DNA from: Candidatus Nomurabacteria bacterium
GTDB taxonomy: Bacteria > Patescibacteriota > Minisyncoccia > Phycocordibacterales > UBA9973
Direction: 5' to 3'
DNA length: 64,000 bases
Assembly: GCA_026396015.1 (NCBI GenBank)
Contig: JAPLXP010000003.1
Location: forward strand, 105,810-169,809
Positions 35,870 through 43,663 of this stretch are shown in pieces. How positions within the stretch are numbered: position 1 is the first letter of the stretch; every line of letters starts with the position of its first letter. The position numbers and the translations under genes were made by a program. The notes below the pieces were generated by a model. The model worked only from the letters and a program-made list of their open reading frames with translations. It made no database searches and had not been told where the DNA came from.

Positions 35870-36556
35870 ATGATTTATTTTGATAATGTAACAAAACAAT
35901 ATACAGACACAGATACAGAACCGTCACTAGAAGGGGTGACGTTTTCTATTGCCCCTGGTGAATTCGTGACTATTGTAGGTCACTCTGGTGCAGGCAAGAC
36001 TACCTTGGCAAAATTGATCATAGCAGAGGAGAAGCCGACTGTTGGTAAAGTGTCTTTTCAGTCTGTTGATATTCATAAATTATCTAATTCAGGCCTGACT
36101 GAACTTCGACGCAAGATTGGAGTAGTTTTCCAAGATTTTAGATTGATTGCAAACAAGACTTCTTTTGAGAATATCGCTTTTGCTATGGAGGCACTAGGCA
36201 AGGATGATGACGAGATAGCATCAGATGTGATGCATGTATTGTCATTGGTCAACTTAGACAACAGATCTTTGCATTTTCCGCATCAACTGTCAGGTGGAGA
36301 AAAGCAGCGTCTAGCTATCGCTCGTGCCATCATCAATCAGCCAGAAATTATCATCGCAGATGAGCCGACTGGCAATCTTGATCCTATAAGTGCAGGGGAG
36401 ATAGTAAATATCTTGAAGAGAATCAATAGCTTGGGTACCACTATCATTTTAACTACTCACAATAAAACCGTCGTGGACTCTCTAGGGAAGCGTGTAATTA
36501 CTCTAGAAAAAGGCCGAATCATCCGAGATGATAAGGAGGGTAAGTATGTGATATAA
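35870..36556 (+). CDS. ftsE: cell division ABC ATPase FtsE
   Basis: Walker A GHSGAGKTT, signature LSGGEKQR, followed by ftsX. Confidence 0.8.
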   Translation: MIYFDNVTKQYTDTDTEPSLEGVTFSIAPGEFVTIVGHSGAGKTTLAKLIIAEEKPTVGKVSFQSVDIHKLSNSGLTELRRKIGVVFQDFRLIANKTSFENIAFAMEALGKDDDEIASDVMHVLSLVNLDNRSLHFPHQLSGGEKQRLAIARAIINQPEIIIADEPTGNLDPISAGEIVNILKRINSLGTTIILTTHNKTVVDSLGKRVITLEKGRIIRDDKEGKYVI

Positions 36557-36563
36557 TATTTTT

Positions 36564-37487
36564 ATGTTTTTAAAAAAGCTCAAAAGAACAATTCGTTCAG
36601 GTACTCACAACTTTGTAAGAAGTGGCTTCACTTCTGTTTCTTCTGTTCTCGTTATGGTGGTCACACTATTTGTCATCACTAGTTTGATCTTTGTTCAAGC
36701 TGCATTGACATCAGCACTCGCTGATATGAAGGACAAGGTTGATGTGACTGTATATTTCACTCCACACGCCGACACAAATATTATTCATTCTGTGGAGAGT
36801 ATTGTAAAAAAGGCACCCGAGGTAAAAAGCGTTACATATACTTCATCTGAAGACGCACTCGATGCGTACAAACAAAAACATATAAATGACAATATGATTC
36901 TTCAAGTCTTTGATATTCTAGATGAGAATCCTCTTGGAGCATCACTCAATATTAAGGCAAAAGACCCATCACAATACGAGAGTATTTTGAATTATCTAAA
37001 GAGTGACTCAGTACTATCTTCTGGTATGTTGTCTGTGATTGACTCTGTAGACTATAATCGCAACAAGCTAGTTATTGACCGCCTTACTAATATCATAGAT
37101 GGTGCTCAGAGATTGGGATTTGTATTAGCTGTTATTCTTATATTCATTTCTATTATCATTACTTTCAATACTATCCGTCTTATCATCTATATGTCTCGTG
37201 AAGAGATAGGTGTGATGAAGCTAGTAGGTGCAGGTAATAAATTTATCCGTGGTCCGTTTATGGTTTCTGGTATTCTGGTTGGATTGTTTGCTTCGATTGT
37301 CACTATTATAATATTCTGGCCTGTATCATACTGGCTCGGTCATAATATGACGGATTTCCTTGGTGTAGATTTGTACGCATATTATAAGTCAGAATTTTTG
37401 CAATTGTTCTTTATTCAGATTGTTGCAGGTGTGTCTATCGGGGCGATATCGAGCGCTCTTGCAGTTCACAAATATTTAAATAAATAA
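36564..37487 (+). CDS. ftsX: cell division permease FtsX
   Basis: TM1 - large extracytoplasmic loop - 3 TM topology, adjacent to ftsE. Confidence 0.7.
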   Translation: MFLKKLKRTIRSGTHNFVRSGFTSVSSVLVMVVTLFVITSLIFVQAALTSALADMKDKVDVTVYFTPHADTNIIHSVESIVKKAPEVKSVTYTSSEDALDAYKQKHINDNMILQVFDILDENPLGASLNIKAKDPSQYESILNYLKSDSVLSSGMLSVIDSVDYNRNKLVIDRLTNIIDGAQRLGFVLAVILIFISIIITFNTIRLIIYMSREEIGVMKLVGAGNKFIRGPFMVSGILVGLFASIVTIIIFWPVSYWLGHNMTDFLGVDLYAYYKSEFLQLFFIQIVAGVSIGAISSALAVHKYLNK

Positions 37488-37490
37488 ATT

Positions 37491-39179
37491 ATGAAAAAGT
37501 CTCAAAATAAACCTTCCCAAAAAGAAAAGGAGTTGTCTTCATGTAAGTATATTTTCGTAGTCGGTGGTGTGATCTCTGGTGTAGGAAAGGGTATAGCAGC
37601 ATCATCTATCGCACGTATACTGCAAGATCGTGGCCAGATTGTCACAGCTATAAAAATAGACCCATATATAAATATTGATGCGGGTACGATGAATCCTACT
37701 GAGCATGGGGAGGTGTTTGTGACAAATAGTGGTGATGAATGTGATCAGGATATGGGTAATTATGAGAGATTTTTAAATATAAATTTAGAACATATAAATT
37801 ACATGACTACTGGTCGTGTGTATCAGAGTGTGATTAATCGTGAGAGAAACCTAGGGTATGGTGGTGCTTGTGTTCAAGTGGTACCGCACATTCCTCTAGA
37901 AGTAATCAGTCGCATAGAAGCTGCTCGCGACAATGTAGGTGCAAATGTGGTAGTCGTTGAGATTGGTGGAACTGTCGGTGAATATGAAAATATATTATTC
38001 CTTGAAGCCGCAAGAATGCTTAAGATAAAGCACCCAAGAGATGTATTCTTTGTGATGGTATCGTATCTACCTATACCTTCAAAGGTGGGCGAGATGAAGA
38101 CAAAGCCTACTCAGCATGCTGTGCGTACACTCAATGCTTCAGGTATTCAGCCAGATATTATTATTGCTCGCAGTAATCAACCTTTAGATGAAAAACGTAA
38201 AGAGAAATTATCTATGTTTTGTAATATTTCTCCTGAGCGTGTAATCTCTGCTCCGGATGTCGATAGTGTATATGATATACCTATAAATTTTGAAAAGGAG
38301 GGTCTTGGCGACATGATCTGTGATGTAGTAGCTATGAAATGTGATCCATCTGATAACCCAGGATCTCGTGCATGGAAGAAATTTGTAAAATCTACACACA
38401 ATACAAAAGGTGAGGTTCGTATAGCTGTAATTGGTAAATATTTTGATACAGGAGATTTTACTTTTTCAGATTCCTATTTATCTGTTATTGAAGCTTTAAA
38501 ATATTCTGCATATGCTGTGGGTCGCAAGCCAGTATTGACTTGGCTTTCATCTACTACTTTTGAGAAAGATCCGAATAAATTAAAAGAACTTTCTCAGTAT
38601 GATGGGATCATTGTACCAGGTGGATTCGGTACTCGTGGAGTAGAGGGTATTCTAAAAGTTATAGAATACGCTCGAAATAAAAAGATTCCATACTTTGGGT
38701 TGTGTTATGGTATGCAACTACTCGTGATTGAGTATGCTCGAAATGTACTTGGATTTAAAGATGCTCACACACGTGAAGTAAATCCAAAATCTACTAACAT
38801 AATAATTGATATTATGGAGAGTCAAAAAGAAAACGTTGCAATGAAGAGAATGGGAGGTAGTATGAGATTGGGTGCCTACACAGCAATTTTGAAAAAAGGG
38901 ACAGTAGCAGAAAAGGCATACAAGAAGCCACAGGTAGAAGAGCGTCATCGTCATCGCTACGAGGTGAACAATGCCTATGTAGAGCAATTAGAAAAAGCTG
39001 GATTGGTATTCTCTGGAAAATCTCCAGATGGACATCTCTGTGAAATCGCAGAATTGCCTGGTAAGGATCATCCATTCTTCCTGGGTACTCAATTCCACCC
39101 AGAATTCCTAGCAAGACCACTTTCTCCTCATCCATTATTCACTGCATTCCTCAAAGCTTGTATCAAGAAAGATAAATAA
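37491..39179 (+). CDS. pyrG: CTP synthase
   Basis: N-terminal synthetase domain KYIFVVGGVISGVGKGIAASS, C-terminal GATase with GLCYGMQL and His/Glu. Confidence 0.9.
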   Translation: MKKSQNKPSQKEKELSSCKYIFVVGGVISGVGKGIAASSIARILQDRGQIVTAIKIDPYINIDAGTMNPTEHGEVFVTNSGDECDQDMGNYERFLNINLEHINYMTTGRVYQSVINRERNLGYGGACVQVVPHIPLEVISRIEAARDNVGANVVVVEIGGTVGEYENILFLEAARMLKIKHPRDVFFVMVSYLPIPSKVGEMKTKPTQHAVRTLNASGIQPDIIIARSNQPLDEKRKEKLSMFCNISPERVISAPDVDSVYDIPINFEKEGLGDMICDVVAMKCDPSDNPGSRAWKKFVKSTHNTKGEVRIAVIGKYFDTGDFTFSDSYLSVIEALKYSAYAVGRKPVLTWLSSTTFEKDPNKLKELSQYDGIIVPGGFGTRGVEGILKVIEYARNKKIPYFGLCYGMQLLVIEYARNVLGFKDAHTREVNPKSTNIIIDIMESQKENVAMKRMGGSMRLGAYTAILKKGTVAEKAYKKPQVEERHRHRYEVNNAYVEQLEKAGLVFSGKSPDGHLCEIAELPGKDHPFFLGTQFHPEFLARPLSPHPLFTAFLKACIKKDK

Positions 39180-39185
39180 ATAAAA

Positions 39186-39220
39186 TAAAAACCATCACGA
39201 ATGTGATGGTTTTTATTTTG
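39186..39220. terminator. bidirectional terminator ccatcac-gaa-tgtgatgg + T tracts
   Basis: Between pyrG (+) and the LOG-family gene (-). Confidence 0.6.
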
Positions 39221-39222
39221 TG

Positions 39223-39948
39223 TTATTTCAATTCTCCTAGACCAGGCTTACTTTGTTTGATTATATTTACTATCTCATTTACATCGTCTGTAATAGTGTA
39301 CAGGCTCAATTCTTGAGTGGTAATAGTATTATATTTTTCTAGCATTGTCTGCTGTATTGCAAGTTGGAATGGTGCCCAGAATTCTTTTCCTACTAGTATG
39401 ATCGGTACATCAGATATCTTCTTTGTCTGCTTTAGTGTGAGGACTTCGAATAATTCATCAAATGTTCCAAATCCACCAGGGAAGAATAAGCAGGCTTCTG
39501 TTGTGTATGACATTGATACTTTTCTTGTAAAGAAAAAATAAAATGGAATAGAATCAGTCACATATTTGTTTGTCTTTTGATCGTGGGGGAGTTTGATTGT
39601 TAGACCCACTGATCTTCCTCCTGCTTCGTATGCACCACGATTGGCTGCCTCCATTATGCCACCACCACCACCTGAAAGAATTGATACACCCGTCTCCTCA
39701 ACTATACGCTTGGCAATCATTTGTGCTTGTTTATAACTAGGATCATCCTCGGGTAGTCTTGCTGATCCATAAAATGTGACTGACGGACTAAAAGATTGAA
39801 TCATTTCTATTCCTTGTCTGAACTCCTCTTGAACCATACAGAGCTTTGTCTCCTCGTTATCTTCTCCGTATAGGGTCATACAACCGTCACGGATATCTTC
39901 AACTGTTAAATGTTTTGGCCTAAAGGCTTGTTTTTTTTCTTCACTCAT
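39223..39948 (-). CDS. LOG family protein (TIGR00730; cytokinin riboside 5'-monophosphate phosphoribohydrolase-like)
   Basis: GGGGGIMEAANRGA and PGGFGTFDELFE motifs. Confidence 0.8.
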   Translation of the reverse strand: MSEEKKQAFRPKHLTVEDIRDGCMTLYGEDNEETKLCMVQEEFRQGIEMIQSFSPSVTFYGSARLPEDDPSYKQAQMIAKRIVEETGVSILSGGGGGIMEAANRGAYEAGGRSVGLTIKLPHDQKTNKYVTDSIPFYFFFTRKVSMSYTTEACLFFPGGFGTFDELFEVLTLKQTKKISDVPIILVGKEFWAPFQLAIQQTMLEKYNTITTQELSLYTITDDVNEIVNIIKQSKPGLGELK

Positions 39949-40044
39949 TCCTATATGATACTCTGCTGTACCATATTTTTCAATTGTTTTTTATCTATTT
40001 TGTGGTAATATATGCCTATTACCATTTTGTAAATTGGTAAATAT

Positions 40045-40115
40045 TGCTAGATCGTCTAATGGTAGGACAACGGTTTCTGGTACCGTTTATCTAGGTTCGA
40101 GTCCTAGTCTAGCAA
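40045..40115 (+). tRNA. tRNA-Gln (CUG)
   Basis: U1-A72 acceptor TGCTAGA/TCTAGCA as in bacterial tRNA-Gln, anticodon stem-loop ACGGT-TTCTGGT-ACCGT, T arm CTAGG-TTCGAGT-CCTAG. Confidence 0.7.
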
Positions 40116-40276
40116 CAAAAAATAGCGCAGCGGTTTTTGCTGCTAGAAACAAGACAACTGCTTGTCTTGTGGCTAGGACAAGAAGACCTTTTCCTTATGA
40201 GTGTAATCACGAATGGAAAAGTGTGTACTGAATCTGTAAGGTTTGAGAGGTGTAATCACGGTCCTAGTCTAGCAGC
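40116..40276 (+). other. tRNA-Gln-associated structured element (B). Hairpin, tRNA-5'-like TGCTAGA, a 9-bp hairpin, GGCTAGGACAAG, the conserved GAAGACCTTTTCCTTA...GGAAAAGT, then a 14-nt direct repeat of the tRNA-Gln 3' end followed by GCCA
   Basis: gtcctagtctagca at 40261 repeats 40102-40115. The gtgtaatcacg direct repeat appears twice. Motifs are shared with element A. Confidence 0.5.
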
Positions 40277-40601
40277 CAACTCGTGTTAGCTCAAAGATAG
40301 AGCTAATTAGGAAAATTTATACTTAAACTGCATACCTGCTGATATCTTACTTTGGAAATATAATTGGTGAATATGCAGTATTCTTAATCCCAATCTCTTT
40401 GGAACGTGGTATAACTAGTACTCAACCAATATTCACGCTTTTGTTTGCTATTATTTTTTTAAAAAAAGCACCAGGTTCATTTAAAGAATCTATTGATTTT
40501 TATTCGTTATGTAAAAAGATAACAATCTTTATTTTTGTAATTGTTGGAATAATATTGATTACTTGGTAGGATTATTTATTATTGTATTTTATAATGATTA
40601 T

Positions 40602-41069
40602 ATGGTGGATATTATAATTCGCAAATTAAAAAATACTGATATTGATATAATTTCTTTTTTGGTTAATAAATTTAGCCATGAATGGATAATTCCAGAAAAA
40701 GAAATTAAAGAAGAATTTGTCGATGCTTCTTTTTTGGGAAGTTTTCCTTATATTTTTATTGCTGTAGCTGAAAATGGTGAATTTGTGGGTGATATTATTT
40801 TGTCTATAGAGAAGGACTGGTTTTTAGGTATTGATAATGAGGTTTGGATTAGTGGGGTTTTTGTTGTGGAAAAGTATCGTAACCAGGGTATAGCAAGAAA
40901 GCTCATTTCTCAGGCTGAATCTGTAGTGCTTGAATGTGGATATAAAAATTTATATTTAGATACGATACATGCATCTGGGTATTATCAAAAAATCGGTGGA
41001 TGGGTGGAAATAGGAAAAGATACATGGAAAGATGAAGAAGTTATTATAATGAAAAAAGAGCTTTTATAA
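40602..41069 (+). CDS. GNAT family N-acetyltransferase (ORF-track TTG start 40563; likely ATG 40602)
   Basis: Motif A VVEKYRNQGIARKLI. Confidence 0.65.
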   Translation: MVDIIIRKLKNTDIDIISFLVNKFSHEWIIPEKEIKEEFVDASFLGSFPYIFIAVAENGEFVGDIILSIEKDWFLGIDNEVWISGVFVVEKYRNQGIARKLISQAESVVLECGYKNLYLDTIHASGYYQKIGGWVEIGKDTWKDEEVIIMKKELL

Positions 41070-41074
41070 AATAT

Positions 41075-41245
41075 ATGGATTCAAAAAAGATAATTTTAAT
41101 ATGTACGATGGTTGGTTCATTCTTGGGTAGTATTATTCCCGAGCTATGGGGTGACAGTATGATGTCTATGACATCTATATTACTCACGGCTGTCGGTGGG
41201 GCGCTGGGTATCTATATAGGATACAAAATAAGTCAAAATTACTAA
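41075..41245 (+). CDS. 56-aa two-TM micro-protein (not in ORF track)
   Basis: MDSKKIILICTMVGSFLGSIIPELWGDSMMSMTSILLTAVGGALGIYIGYKISQNY, followed by hairpin agcttgca...tgcaagct + T tract. Confidence 0.3.
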   Translation: MDSKKIILICTMVGSFLGSIIPELWGDSMMSMTSILLTAVGGALGIYIGYKISQNY

Positions 41246-41249
41246 TAAA

Positions 41250-41282
41250 AAAGCTTGCAACAATAATGCTGCAAGCTATTTT
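41250..41282. terminator. bidirectional terminator agcttgca-acaataatgc-tgcaagct
   Basis: 8-bp stem between converging genes. Confidence 0.5.
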
Positions 41283-41669
41283 TTAATTTATGACAGTCGC
41301 TGTAGCAAAGCTACTTTCTGTCTCATGTAATTTTATTTCTGTGACTCTACCGTCACCAAATTTTTCTGATTCTAGCATAACAAGTATTTGTAGCGCTAAG
41401 TTTTCAGCAGTTGTCGGTAAATCACCAAATATATTATTTAAATTTTTGTGATCAAATTTGTCAACCACTAATTCTTTCACAATTTTTTTAATGTCACCAT
41501 AATCCACAATCATTCCTTTTTTAGGACCTGATTTTTGTGTTTCTCCTGTTATCGTTACATATAGTATGTAATTATGACCGTGATTTTCTTTACACTTACC
41601 GTCATGATTAGGTAGTGAGTGTGATGCCGAAAAGGTAAACCTTTTGGTGATTGATAGTTGTATACCCAT
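41283..41669 (-). CDS. queD: 6-carboxy-5,6,7,8-tetrahydropterin synthase QueD (PTPS family)
   Basis: 128 aa, SASHSLPNHDGKCKENHGHNY (Cys-x5-HGH zinc site). Confidence 0.8.
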   Translation of the reverse strand: MGIQLSITKRFTFSASHSLPNHDGKCKENHGHNYILYVTITGETQKSGPKKGMIVDYGDIKKIVKELVVDKFDHKNLNNIFGDLPTTAENLALQILVMLESEKFGDGRVTEIKLHETESSFATATVIN

Positions 41670-41679
41670 AATATTAAAG

Positions 41680-41730
41680 ATTAGTTTTTTGTTTATCTTA
41701 CAATCTACACAATATTTGTCAATTATATGC
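41680..41730 (-). promoter_or_regulatory. candidate preQ1-I-like riboswitch tail in the queD leader (low confidence)
   Basis: Minus-strand leader ...ttgtgtagattgtaagataaacAAAAAACTAAtctttaatatt-ATG contains the preQ1-I A-rich tail AAAAAACUAA and an upstream loop with UAG. The P1 stem is weak. Confidence 0.2.
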
Positions 41731-41786
41731 TTTTTGTGTTTATGCTATAATTTGTCTACAAAATTATTATTAATAAATTTATTTAA

Positions 41787-42200
41787 ATGAAAAAAATTCA
41801 TGAATTGGTTCATAAATTCAATAATCCAAATCTTGGAATATTGTTTATCCGTATCGCTTTAGGAGTAGTATTTATCAGTGAAGGTTGGACAAAGATAAGT
41901 CATATCGAATATGTAGCAGGATTTTTTGGTGTAATCGGTATTCCTGTATTCTTGGCATATTTTGTTTCATATTTTGAATTTGTAGCTGGTATATTATTGA
42001 TTTGTGGAGTATTTGTCAGATACGTAGGAATAATACTATCAGCTATAATGTTAGTTGCTATTGCAAAGGTTCATTTTGTTCATGGTTTTAATGTACAGAA
42101 TGGTGGATACGAATACGTCTATGTATTGTTGCTATCAGCAATGTCTCTCGTTACTTTTGGTTCTGGGCCTTACTCTGTAAAAAAGTTTTTGAATAAATAA
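41787..42200 (+). CDS. DoxX family membrane protein
   Basis: LGILFIRIALGVVFISEGWTKI DoxX signature, 4 TM, 137 aa. Confidence 0.7.
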   Translation: MKKIHELVHKFNNPNLGILFIRIALGVVFISEGWTKISHIEYVAGFFGVIGIPVFLAYFVSYFEFVAGILLICGVFVRYVGIILSAIMLVAIAKVHFVHGFNVQNGGYEYVYVLLLSAMSLVTFGSGPYSVKKFLNK

Positions 42201-42210
42201 TTTTACTAAT

Positions 42211-42242
42211 AAAAAAAACGATGCATATGCATCGTTTTTTTA
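42211..42242. terminator. bidirectional terminator acgatgca-ta-tgcatcgt flanked by A/T tracts
   Basis: Between DoxX (+) and the CDF gene (-). Confidence 0.6.
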
Positions 42243-43247
42243 TTAGTTTATCTCTATGTCTACGTATAAGATTTCTGGAAATTTTTCACGCATTCTTTTT
42301 TCTATTTCATCAATATGATTACCTACTAGGCGGGGGATACGGTCTGTTGTCTTGAACATGAGTTTTGTGAATTCTTTAAAGCTGTCTTTTATCTTGTTGA
42401 ATTCTTCTTTTAAATCTCCTGCACCGTATATCTCTTCATATAGTGGTGAACCATTCCACTCCACTGTCGCATATATTCTGTATTTATTTATATCTACTGC
42501 TACTGATTTAAAATCAAGTACTGTTTCAACGCATGGATCTTCCTGTAGAAATTCTAGAATTTCTTCTTTGAGTTCTTCGCTTATTGATTTGCCTATGATG
42601 TATTGATAATTTTTTCTTATCAATATTATTGCCAAGAATCCCAATATTAGACCAACAATAATACCTCCTATGCCATCATATATACTATTGCCTGTCAGAT
42701 AGAGTAAGGATTGTGAGACAAGAGCTATGAGTACTCCGAGTACTGCTGCTCCGTCTTCGTATACTACAGCTAGTGTTACAGGGTCGGCATCTTCAAATAT
42801 TTCTTTTGACAATTCTCGTTCACCACGTAGTTCTTTGAGTGCTACAAGTAATGTGAATCCTTCAATAAAAAAGGCAATAACTAGAACCACAACACTGAGA
42901 TAATTAAAGGAATGTATCATCTCATCATGGCTAAGTAGTGAGTCGATTGAATGGTATACAGTGACCCCAGCACCAATGAATAAAATTCCGCAAGCTGATA
43001 TTAGAGACCAGAAAAATCTTTCAATGCCATATCCATATCCCCGAATGTGATCTGCTGGTTTCTGTGATCTTTTTAGTCCTATATATAATAGTGCTTGGTT
43101 AAGTGTGTCAGCTATACTATGTACACTCTCTGCGAACATACTCGCAGATCCTGAGACTACTGCTATTATTGTTTTAATTATAGATACTATTATATTCCCG
43201 GACAATGCTGTTAATACTGATTTACTGCCTTGCGCTTTGTGTGTCAT
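42243..43247 (-). CDS. cation diffusion facilitator (CDF) family metal efflux transporter
   Basis: 6 TM + cytoplasmic C-terminal domain. HSIADTLNQ and DHIRGYGYGIERF motifs. Confidence 0.75.
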   Translation of the reverse strand: MTHKAQGSKSVLTALSGNIIVSIIKTIIAVVSGSASMFAESVHSIADTLNQALLYIGLKRSQKPADHIRGYGYGIERFFWSLISACGILFIGAGVTVYHSIDSLLSHDEMIHSFNYLSVVVLVIAFFIEGFTLLVALKELRGERELSKEIFEDADPVTLAVVYEDGAAVLGVLIALVSQSLLYLTGNSIYDGIGGIIVGLILGFLAIILIRKNYQYIIGKSISEELKEEILEFLQEDPCVETVLDFKSVAVDINKYRIYATVEWNGSPLYEEIYGAGDLKEEFNKIKDSFKEFTKLMFKTTDRIPRLVGNHIDEIEKRMREKFPEILYVDIEIN

Positions 43248-43302
43248 TTTTTGATTATAACATACAAAATGACCCCTTATTAGGGGTCATTTAATTCAAA
43301 TG

Positions 43303-43662
43303 CTATATTCCAAAATCAGAAGTTATGCTGTTATTTATTGATTTAACTGCAGCATTATACTGAATATATCCTACATAACACAATATTACAAAAGATATTC
43401 CCATTAATGCACAAGCGATGAATCCTATTTGTTTAGTTTTTTCATCTTTTGATTTTAAATACTTGATGCCATCCCATTTCCCAATCGTAAAAAATCCTAT
43501 CCATGGCAAAACGATACTATAAATATAAAGTTTTGTTTGTTCCGCAGGATTTGTTGATAGGGGAGAATCTTGAACTTTTGTTCCACAATTTGGGCAAAAG
43601 TAATATTCTGGTTTTAGTATCTGATGGCACATCGCACACAATTTAGTTTCAGTATTTTCCAT
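43303..43662 (-). CDS. zinc-ribbon membrane protein (CxxC...CxxC then 2 TM); likely ATG at 43662
   Basis: CAMCHQILKPEYYFCPNCGTKV. Confidence 0.5.
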   Translation of the reverse strand: MENTETKLCAMCHQILKPEYYFCPNCGTKVQDSPLSTNPAEQTKLYIYSIVLPWIGFFTIGKWDGIKYLKSKDEKTKQIGFIACALMGISFVILCYVGYIQYNAAVKSINNSITSDFGI

Positions 43663-43663
43663 A

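Noticed and set aside
39949-40044. Additional tRNA immediately upstream of tRNA-Gln
   Set aside because: No cloverleaf could be drawn. The region is an AT-rich promoter-like spacer.
40034-40231. 65-aa ORF (MVNIARSSNGRTTVSG...)
   Set aside because: It is the tRNA-Gln gene plus the trailer element read as protein. The GRTTVSG-type peptides are typical tRNA read-throughs.
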